64,000 bases of DNA from Myxococcota bacterium (GTDB lineage Bacteria > Myxococcota_A > UBA796 > UBA2385): assembly GCA_044344255.1 (NCBI GenBank), contig JBIJDH010000006.1:235524-299523 (forward strand), given 5' to 3'. Positions within the stretch are counted from its first letter, which is position 1. Each line of letters starts with the position of its first letter. The notes beneath the pieces were generated by a model that was given only the letters and a program-made list of their open reading frames with translations, did not search any database and had not been told where the DNA came from. This document shows, piece after piece, positions 56,486 through 64,000 of the stretch. The position numbers were made by a program, and so were the translations under genes.

Positions 56486-57206
56486 CGCGGCCCTGAGCTG
56501 GCTGCTGCTCGCCTGCCTCGGGCGGGCCACCGGAGGCGATCCCATGCCGGCCGACCACGGGGCTCCCGCCACCCTCGACGCCTTGGTGGCCGCCCCGCCC
56601 GCTGCCGCCACCGACTACGCCGCGGCGGTGCGCGCCGACGATCCGCTCCCCACGCTGGCCCGCGCGGTGGCGCTGGTGGAGCAGGCCGAGCAGCGGGCCC
56701 GCCGCGCCGCCGGTCGGCGCCTGCCCACCGCCGCCGACTACCCCGGCACCTTCGCGCTGATCGACCGCGCCCTCGTGGTGCTCCCGGAGGGCCGCGCCGC
56801 CGATCGGGCCTGGCTCGCCGAGCGGCGCGGCCAGCTCGACCTCGTGGTCGAGGACATCGTCTCCGCGCGGCGCGACTTTGCCGCCGCCTCGGCCGCCCTC
56901 CGCGGGGCCGGAGCCACCCCCGACCGCCTCTGGCTGTCGGCCACCCTCGGTGAGGCCGACGCCTGTCTTCGCTTGGGCGATCGCGCCGAGGCCGCTCGCC
57001 TCTACCGCCTCGCCTTCGATTGGCCGCCCCTCACCGACGCCGAGGCGGCGCTGCAGGCCCGCGAGCTCCAGCGCCGCGCAGGCTACGGCCTCCTCGACGC
57101 CCTGAAGGCCGATCCCGCCGCGCTCCTCGCCCTCCAGTTCCCGCCGACGACCGATCCCGGCCTGCTCCGTCGCCTCCAGGAAGCGCAGGCGGCCGCCCGA
57201 CCTTGA
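56478..57206 (+). CDS. hypothetical helical (TPR-like) lipoprotein
   Basis: LLLAC lipobox-like N-terminus; Ala-rich helices. Confidence 0.6.
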   Translation: MTPAALSWLLLACLGRATGGDPMPADHGAPATLDALVAAPPAAATDYAAAVRADDPLPTLARAVALVEQAEQRARRAAGRRLPTAADYPGTFALIDRALVVLPEGRAADRAWLAERRGQLDLVVEDIVSARRDFAAASAALRGAGATPDRLWLSATLGEADACLRLGDRAEAARLYRLAFDWPPLTDAEAALQARELQRRAGYGLLDALKADPAALLALQFPPTTDPGLLRRLQEAQAAARP

Positions 57207-57212
57207 GGCGGG

Positions 57213-59681
57213 TCAGCGGGGCGGGGCACGGCGCCCGCGGCGCGCCCAGGCGGCGATGAGGGCGACGGCGAGGGCCGTGGTGATCAACAGGGGGAGCGCC
57301 GGCCCGCGCGAGGAGGGCGGGACCAGGGCCGCGGGCAGGCCCCGCCGACCGTCCCCGTACAGCGCCATCCCCGCCCAGCTCCGGGCCGGCGCTCCTGCCT
57401 CCCGAAGAGAGCGTGCGGCGGACTGGCTCGCCCGGGACAGGCTCTCCCCCTCGGCGAGCGCGGCATACAGGCCGTCGGAGAAGGCGACGGCGTCTCGGTC
57501 GGTCATCGGCCAGCGGTTGGCGAGCACCGCTGTAGCCCCTGCGGCGAGGAAGGAGCGGGCGAGCCCGAGGGGCCCTTCGCCCTCTACGGTCTCCCCGGCG
57601 GCCCCGCGACAGGCGGTGAGGACCACGATGGCGCCGCGCAGATCGAGGGAGGCGACGGCGGCGGAGCGGAGCGGCCCGTCGGCCAGGAGGATCGCGCTCT
57701 CGCCCGGGTGCCGCCTGTCGACGACGGCGTGGGCGGCGATGTGCAGCAGGGCTGGCCGGATAGGGAGGGCGGCGGTGGTCGCCGCGGCGCCGAGCCGGGC
57801 CTCACTCCGGCGGAGGCGGCGGAGCAGCCCGTGGGCCTCGTCGCGGGCTCCTGGGAGCGGGGGCGCGCCGGCCAAAGGGGTGGGATCGGCGAGGATGACG
57901 GCCCCGCCTGCTTCGTCGGCCGCGAGCGCGCGGAGGTGGAGATAGACGGTGGCGGAGGGCGTGAGGTCGACGGTGTGCGTCTCGCCGAGCGGGGCGCCCT
58001 CCCCCAGCGTCTCGAAGGGCAGCCCGTGGAGCGGCCCGTCGGGCACGATGAGCAGCCGGGTGACGGTGGGCGGCAGGCGGTCGAGGGCCGGCCCGAGGAG
58101 GAGCCGGTAGAGCGCCGCGGCGGCGACGGGGTCGGGCGTGCCGTCCAGCAGCCCGTCGTAGAGCGCGACCGCCCCCTCGAGGGCGCCGCGGTCGGGGAGG
58201 GGGAGGGTGTGGCGCGTGTCGGCGGTGAGGACGAGGAGCCAGGCCGCAGGGGGAGGCCCGGGGAGCTCCGGGGTGGGCGCGGGGAGCTGGTAGCTGAGCA
58301 GGGCCTCATCCGGGCCGAGCGTCGCTTGCAGCGCGTCGAGGCTGGCGAGGGCGCCGGGGGTGCCGGTCGAGGCGCCAGCGGCGATCTGCTGGAGGCGGAG
58401 CCAGCGTGCGCGTCGCCCCTCCGAGATGAGCCAGGCCTCGTCGAGATCGCCCGCAGCGAGGTGATGTCCGGCCAGCAGCGCCCGCCCAGCGCCGAAGAGG
58501 CCCTCCACCCGCACGGCCTCGAGGGCCTCGGACTGGCTGAGGCTCATCCCTTCGACCTCGGCGATGTGGGCCCGGGCGGCGGCCTCGGCCTCGGGCCCCC
58601 GGCCGAGCGTGAAGAGCAGGGCGGTCGCCTTCAAGGAGAGGGCCGCGGCCTCGGTGGGATCGCGCTGCCGGAGGGCCTCTTCGTGGGCGTCTGCGAGCAG
58701 GCGGAGGGCCTCCTCGGGCGCGGTGGCGGAGAGGGCAACCGCGAGGCCGCCGGCCACCCAGGTGCGGGCGAGGGGGTCGCCGAGCGCCGCGTAGCCCGCC
58801 CGACAGCGGCGCCAGGCCTCCACCGCCGGCCCGGGGGCCCGCCCCTGGTCGACGCGCCCGAGCAGGCAGTCGGCGCCCGCGAGGCTGTAGGGGTTGTCCC
58901 CAGCGAGGGCGGCCTCGCGCGCCGCGGCGGCCTCGGCCCGCGCGCCCTCCACGCTGCCCATGCGCGGGTCATCGAGCAGCATCGTCGCGAGGTTGAGGCG
59001 GGCGGTGGCCTCGAGGTAGCGGTCTCCCTGGTCGGCGGCGAGCGCCACCAGGGCCCTCGAGCTCGCGAGTGCGGCCTCGGTCCGCCCGCTGTTCGCCTCG
59101 AGGCCGGCCCGCACGTGGGCGCAGAGCACCCGCAGCGCGTAGGGGGCCTTTGTGCCCGCCTCCGCCTCGGCGGCCTCGATGAGGCTGATGGCGCGGGCGT
59201 AGTCGCCGCCCGTGCGCCAGAGGTGTCGGGCGAGCTGGGCGCGGGCGGCGGCGCGGCTCGGGCCCGGTCGGTCCGCCACCCGCTCGAGCGCTCGTCGGAG
59301 CGCCGCCGCGACCTCGGCCTCCTCGGCCCCCTGGTGGGCGAGGGCGTTGGCGAGGCCGATCAAGGCCGCCGCCTCGCCCTCCGGGTCCGGCCGCGCCGCG
59401 AAGCCCGCCTGCGCCGCTCGATAGGCAGCGAGCGCCTCCGGCTCTCCCAGCGAGGCGTGGATGTGAGCGAGGGTGAGCTGCACCTCGGGGCCGGTCTCCG
59501 CCTCGGGGCTCCCGTGCGCCCGGAGGCGGTGGCGGGCCTCCGCCCAGCTCCCGTCGGCCCGGGCGACCATCAGGAAGCAGCGCCAGGCCTCGAGGTCGCT
59601 CGGCGCGCGGGCGAGGCCGGCTTCACAGTCGGCGTAGCCCGCAGCCTGGCAGAGCCCGAGGCCGAGCAGGAGCAGGATCAT
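57213..59681 (-). CDS. TPR + CHAT (caspase-like) domain protein with signal peptide and C-terminal TM anchor
   Basis: LIVPDGPLHGLPFE, LPGARDE, LHIAAHA (His), VVLTAC (Cys), GLARSFLAAGA, SWAG; start overlaps the upstream stop. Confidence 0.88.
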   Translation of the reverse strand: MILLLLGLGLCQAAGYADCEAGLARAPSDLEAWRCFLMVARADGSWAEARHRLRAHGSPEAETGPEVQLTLAHIHASLGEPEALAAYRAAQAGFAARPDPEGEAAALIGLANALAHQGAEEAEVAAALRRALERVADRPGPSRAAARAQLARHLWRTGGDYARAISLIEAAEAEAGTKAPYALRVLCAHVRAGLEANSGRTEAALASSRALVALAADQGDRYLEATARLNLATMLLDDPRMGSVEGARAEAAAAREAALAGDNPYSLAGADCLLGRVDQGRAPGPAVEAWRRCRAGYAALGDPLARTWVAGGLAVALSATAPEEALRLLADAHEEALRQRDPTEAAALSLKATALLFTLGRGPEAEAAARAHIAEVEGMSLSQSEALEAVRVEGLFGAGRALLAGHHLAAGDLDEAWLISEGRRARWLRLQQIAAGASTGTPGALASLDALQATLGPDEALLSYQLPAPTPELPGPPPAAWLLVLTADTRHTLPLPDRGALEGAVALYDGLLDGTPDPVAAAALYRLLLGPALDRLPPTVTRLLIVPDGPLHGLPFETLGEGAPLGETHTVDLTPSATVYLHLRALAADEAGGAVILADPTPLAGAPPLPGARDEAHGLLRRLRRSEARLGAAATTAALPIRPALLHIAAHAVVDRRHPGESAILLADGPLRSAAVASLDLRGAIVVLTACRGAAGETVEGEGPLGLARSFLAAGATAVLANRWPMTDRDAVAFSDGLYAALAEGESLSRASQSAARSLREAGAPARSWAGMALYGDGRRGLPAALVPPSSRGPALPLLITTALAVALIAAWARRGRRAPPR

Positions 59682-60379
59682 CTGCGGAGGGTGAGGTGGA
59701 GGGTCTCGCTGCGCAGCGCCTCGCCGCTCGGGAGCTGCCCCTCGACCTGCCAGAGCAGGGCCGCGCCGTCGGGGAGCTCGGCGAGGGCTTCGGCCGGGAG
59801 GGTGAAGTGAGGCTCGATCAGGCCATGCGCCTCGACGAGCAGTCGGAGCTCGGAGGTCGAGACCCGCACCGACCACAACGCGCCCGGTGGCCCCCGCCAG
59901 GCGAGGCGGGGGGCGCGGGCATCGAGCTCGGCGCCGGTGACCACCTCGATGGCGGCGGCGTCCTCGCCCCGCCAGACCGGCGGCCCCTCTGGCGGGCGGA
60001 GGCTGATGAGCAGGCCCGCGGCGGCGGCGAGGACCCCCACGGTCGGCAATACGACCCGCTGGAACCAGCGAGCCGGCCCGCGCAGGACGGCGGGGGCCGC
60101 CGGCGGGGGGCCGAGCGAGGCCTCCGGGAGGGTCGACAGCACGCCCGCATTCTCTGCCGCCGCGTAGGCCCGAGCGAGGCGCCAGGCCTCGGCGAAGGCG
60201 GGGTCCTGGTGGGCGCGATCGAGCAGCCGCGCGACCTCGTCAGGGGGCAGGGCGCCCGACGCGGCGTCGAGGGCGAGCAGGGCGTCCGCGTCTGCGTCGG
60301 CGTCCGCTTCTGCATCGGCGAGGGGCTCGCGCGCCGCCCAGGCCCGCCGCAGCCGCTCGAGGTCGATGGGCGGGCTCAT
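59678..60379 (-). CDS. putative membrane anti-sigma factor
   Basis: Degenerate zf-HC2-like N-terminus, single TM segment, VWRG motif, then an extracytoplasmic domain; coupled to the sigma factor gene. Confidence 0.65.
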   Translation of the reverse strand: MSPPIDLERLRRAWAAREPLADAEADADADADALLALDAASGALPPDEVARLLDRAHQDPAFAEAWRLARAYAAAENAGVLSTLPEASLGPPPAAPAVLRGPARWFQRVVLPTVGVLAAAAGLLISLRPPEGPPVWRGEDAAAIEVVTGAELDARAPRLAWRGPPGALWSVRVSTSELRLLVEAHGLIEPHFTLPAEALAELPDGAALLWQVEGQLPSGEALRSETLHLTLRR

Positions 60380-60888
60380 GGTTCCATCCCCTTGTTGCGC
60401 AGGCAGCCCCGGAGGGAGCCGAGGCCGCGGTAGGTGAGGTTCTCCGCCTGCCGCCCCTCGACGCCGAGCAGGGGCCCGATCTCGCGGAGCTCGTGGCCGA
60501 GCAGGTGGAGGGTGACGGCGCGGCGCCGGTCGGGGGAGAGGGCCTCGAGGCAGGCTTGGATGGCGAGGCCCAGGCGACGGTCACGGGCCAACGCCTCGGG
60601 ATCGGGCCCCTCGCTGCGCGCGAGCTCCGCGGGATCGACGGCGGTGGGCGCCTCGGGCCGGCGGCGGCGGAGCGCGTCGATCATCGCCGTGAAGGCCACG
60701 CGGCGGAGGTAGGCGTGGTTGTAGGTGCCGCCCCGCGCCTCGATCAGGGCCACCACCTTACACACCGCCACCTGGGCGATGTCGTCCTCCCGGCCTCGCA
60801 GCGCGGCGGGGCAGCCGGCGGCCACGGCGGCGGTGATCACCCGCCGCAGCTCGGTCACGGTCTCCGGCGAGGGCGCGGGGAAGGGCAT
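60376..60888 (-). CDS. ECF-family RNA polymerase sigma factor
   Basis: EDDIAQVA region 2, YLRRVA....IDALRR, CLEALSPDRRRAV.L...G....EI region 4; alternative GTG start at 60909. Confidence 0.85.
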   Translation of the reverse strand: MPFPAPSPETVTELRRVITAAVAAGCPAALRGREDDIAQVAVCKVVALIEARGGTYNHAYLRRVAFTAMIDALRRRRPEAPTAVDPAELARSEGPDPEALARDRRLGLAIQACLEALSPDRRRAVTLHLLGHELREIGPLLGVEGRQAENLTYRGLGSLRGCLRNKGMEP

Positions 60889-60916
60889 CGTCGGCCGCTC
60901 CGTAACGTGGCGGGCC

Positions 60917-62203
60917 TCAGTCGCGGATCCACTCGACCTCGCCCTGCCCGTTGTGGGCCGAGAGGATGCGCTGCGCCTCCTCGAGCTCGGCGGCGCTGGG
61001 GACGCCTTTCGGGATCTCCGTCTCGTCCCAGTCGCGGTGGTGGGCCTCCCGCATCCGGGCGTCCATCGCCTCGGGGCGCTCCACTTGCCAGGCGGGGCCG
61101 CCGTAGAGGGCCTCGTAGACGCCGACGGTGGTGGTGCTCGCCACCTGCCGCGCCGCCTCCGGCACGGTGGAGTCCTCGCTCCAGTGGGTCGGCCGCTCGC
61201 GGACCGCGCTGCGCTCGAGATCTTGGAGGAGGGGGGTGGTGTGGTCGGCGAAGGGCGCGCCGGCCAGCTTGAGGGGGTTCCAGCCTTCCTCCCGGTCGAG
61301 GAGGGGGCGGTCCACCTCGTGGACCTCACCGGAGAGGGCGCGCATGCCGGTGTTCGGCACGGGGTCGAGGTCGCCGCCGTAGTAGGTGACGGGCACCCGC
61401 CCGCGCTGCTCGCGGTTGAAGGCGGTGGCCTCGTCCGGCTGGATGCCGGGGGAGGAGTAGCCCACGACGCGGCCGACGAGGTCGGGGTTGTGGACGGCCG
61501 CGAGCTGGGCCAGCGCCCCGCCCTGGCTGTGTCCGGCGAGGGTGGGCTGCTGGCCCGTGGCCGCCTTTCCCTGGCGGAGCTGCTCGCGGATGGGGAGGTG
61601 GCTCTCGGCATAGGCGTCCCGCCCGATGCCGCGCCCGCTCATATTGGCCCACCAGTCCCGCTGCGTCTCGGGGTTCATGGGGTTGACCCCCTCGGTGCCG
61701 CGGGTCGCGACCACCGGCGGCGTGTCGGCGCACTCCGGCCGCGAGAGGTCGGGCAGGAAGAGGGTGGACTGGAGGCCGGAGGGGCTCGAGTGGTAGGCGG
61801 CGGGGTCTGCGGCGTAGCAGGAGTCGGTGAGCGTCTCGCGGTCGGCGTCGGTGTAGTCGGCGGGGGCCTTGTAGGAGAGGCTCTGGGCGCCGGCGAGCCG
61901 CTCGAGACGGATGTCGTCGGTGAGCACCTCCTCGCCGTTCGCGGCCCGGGCTGCGCGGGGGCGGTCGCGCCACATGCCGGAGCGGTGCTCGGCCTCGGAC
62001 TGCTCGAAGTTCAGGGCCTCGACCTCGGATGGCGCCCCGAGCCCGCCCTGCGCGCGGAGCCGCTCCACCCGGCCGGCGTTGCCGAGGCCTGCGCCGGCGG
62101 GGCGCGCTGGGGCGGGGCGAGCTGGGGCGGCGCGGCCCGGGGAGCGCTGATCGGCGGCGGGACGAGCGGCGGGGGAGAGGAGAGGGTCGAGCCAGGACAA
62201 CAT
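60917..62203 (-). CDS. alpha/beta-hydrolase lipase-like protein (class 3/DUF2974-like)
   Basis: VVATRGTE, LAGHSQGGALAQ, YSSPG, DPV, DH; GGAGG RBS before ATG 62203. Confidence 0.8.
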   Translation of the reverse strand: MLSWLDPLLSPAARPAADQRSPGRAAPARPAPARPAGAGLGNAGRVERLRAQGGLGAPSEVEALNFEQSEAEHRSGMWRDRPRAARAANGEEVLTDDIRLERLAGAQSLSYKAPADYTDADRETLTDSCYAADPAAYHSSPSGLQSTLFLPDLSRPECADTPPVVATRGTEGVNPMNPETQRDWWANMSGRGIGRDAYAESHLPIREQLRQGKAATGQQPTLAGHSQGGALAQLAAVHNPDLVGRVVGYSSPGIQPDEATAFNREQRGRVPVTYYGGDLDPVPNTGMRALSGEVHEVDRPLLDREEGWNPLKLAGAPFADHTTPLLQDLERSAVRERPTHWSEDSTVPEAARQVASTTTVGVYEALYGGPAWQVERPEAMDARMREAHHRDWDETEIPKGVPSAAELEEAQRILSAHNGQGEVEWIRD

Positions 62204-62263
62204 GGGCACCTCCGGCGGGGCTGCCGCCCGCGCCCCCTCAACGGAGGCTCGGGGCCCATCTCC

Positions 62264-63136
62264 TCAACCCTCCTCTGGGGGCCCCGTGCCCTGTGACATC
62301 TCGTGACGAGTCGACCGCAGATCGGCGTGGGCGCGTACGTGCGCGACGAAGGCGCGGAGCGGTGGCGGGAGCTGTCGGCGGCTCGGGAAGTACAGGCGCG
62401 GCCCCGGGAAGGGGGGCAGCCAGTCGGCGAGGACGGAGACCAAACGCCCGGCGGCGATGTGCTCGGCCACGTAGCCCTCGAAGGTGGAGGCGAAGCCGAA
62501 CCCGTCGAGGGCCGCGCGGACCAGGAGCGGGCCGTGGGAGGTGACGAGGGGGCCCGTGGGCTCGACGACGATCCGCTCGCCGCCCCGCTCGAATTCCCAG
62601 GGGAGCAGTCGGCCGCTCGGGAAGCGGAGGCGGACTCCGGGACGTCGGGCGAGGTCGCTGGGGTGCTCGGGGAGGCCCGTGGCCTCGATGAGCGAGGGCG
62701 CCGCTACCACCGCGTAGCGCTGGGGGCCGGAGAGCGGCACGGCCACCATGTCCTGGTGGAGCGACTCGTCCCAGCGCACCCCGGCGTCAAAGCCCTCGGC
62801 CACGATGTCGACCAGCGCGGTCTCGACCACGACCTCGGCCCGCACCCGCGGGTGGGCGGCGAGGAAGGAGCCGAGCAGCGGCGCGAGCACCAGATCCACC
62901 GCCGGCGCGGGGGCGTTGATGCGGAGGAGGCCGACCGCGACGCCCTCTTCGGCGTGGACCCCGTCGACCGCGGTCGCGAGCTCGGCCAGCGCAGGGGAGA
63001 CGTGGGCGAGCAGCCGCGCGCCCGCCTCCGTGAGGGAGACGCTGCGGGTCGTGCGGTGGAGGAGCCGCGCCCCGAGCTGCTCCTCGAGGTCTCGGACCGC
63101 CTGGCTGAGGGCGGAGGGCGAGACCCCGCGCTCGAC
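62264..63136 (-). pseudogene. LysR-family regulator lacking its N-terminus
   Basis: Homology begins mid-HTH at VERGVSPSALSQ; LLHRTTRSVSLTEAG, DIVAEGFDAGVR, LYFPSRRQ. Confidence 0.8.
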
Positions 63137-63997
63137 GTGGGGATCACGCTCCTCGACACCGCCGACTTCTATGGGATGGGTCACAACGAGCTGCTCATCG
63201 CCGAGGCCCTCCGCGGCCGCCCCCGCGACGAGCTCGTGCTCAGCGTCAAGTTTGGCGCGCTGCGCGGCCCGGACGGCGCCTGGATCGGCTTCGACGGCCG
63301 CCCCCAGGCGGTGAAGTCAGCCTGCGCCTACAGCCTCCGGCGGCTCGGGGTCGATCACATCGACGTGCTGCGGCCTGCTCGCCTCGACCCCGCCGTCCCC
63401 ATCGAGGACACCGTGGGCGCCATCGCGGAGCTCGTAGCCGCTGGCTACGTCCGCCACATCGGCCTCTCCGAGGTGGGCTCGGCCACGCTCCGGCGGGCCG
63501 CGGCGGTGCACCCCATCGCCGATCTGCAGATCGAGTACTCCCTCTTGTCCCGCGGGATCGAGGCGGACATCCTCCCCACTTGTCGGTCCCTCGGGGTGGG
63601 CGTCACGGCCTACGGGGTGCTCTCCCGCGGCCTGCTGAGCGGCCACTGGAGCGCAGAGCGTGGCGCCCCGCGCGACTTTCGCGGGTCCAGCCCTCGATTT
63701 CAGGGGAGCAACCTCGACCACAACCTCGCCCTGGTCGAGGCCCTCCGCGCGGTCGCGTCCGCCCGCGGCGCCACCGTCGCCCAGGTCGCCATCGCCTGGA
63801 TCGCCGCGCAGGGCGCCGACGTGGTGCCGCTGGTCGGCGCCCGCCGCCGCGACCGCCTCGCCGAGGCGCTGGGCGCCGTCGAGATCACGCTCGACGCGGC
63901 GGACCTCGCGGCGATCGAGGCCGCCGTGCCCGCCGGCGCCGCGGCGGGCACCCGCTACGCCGCCGCCCAGATGATGGCCCTCGACAGCGAGCGCTGA
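63128..63997 (+). pseudogene. aldo/keto reductase lacking its N-terminus
   Basis: Homology begins at ALDVGITLLDTADFYG; SLRRLGVDHID, IGLSE, QIEYSL; the initial LG..G.VS..GLG segment is absent. Confidence 0.8.
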
Positions 63998-64000
63998 GCC

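Noticed and set aside
94..59810. Long antisense or alternate-frame ORFs (e.g. 94-1974, 15331-18192, 18014-20737, 25881-28652, 57708-59810)
   Set aside because: Shadow ORFs of high-GC genes with no motifs, overlapping well-supported CDSs
62303..63997. 564-aa fusion protein on the + strand
   Set aside because: The first ~275 codons are the antisense of the LysR gene; only the part from 63128 is aldo/keto reductase

Overview
High-GC window that looks like Myxococcota/Deltaproteobacteria (Cys-Gly lipoproteins, a MYXO-CTERM-like tail, TSP3 repeats). The first ~13.6 kb is a decayed defence locus. It holds an intact type I-G cas3 (helicase with C-terminal HD) and a 3'-truncated cas8g1/csx17. A 2.7-kb IS then replaces the rest of the cas operon and the leader, and directly abuts a CRISPR array (21 full 36-bp repeats, 1 truncated repeat, 21 spacers). 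A second IS with a frameshifted transposase and two tandem AAA-ATPase/PD-(D/E)XK paralogues follow. The remainder is mostly chromosomal backbone: surface lipoproteins, a deoxynucleoside kinase, a CASTOR/POLLUX-like channel, an unusually long RNase P RNA, maeB, recX, panC, TerC/NhaR, and a MoxR-DUF58-transglutaminase-acyl ligase-acyltransferase-sulfatase-like run. It ends with a LysM protein, an ECF sigma/anti-sigma/membrane CHAT protease module, a lipase, and a divergent LysR/aldo-keto reductase pair joined by a microhomology deletion. All calls come from reading motifs by eye; no database searches were run.
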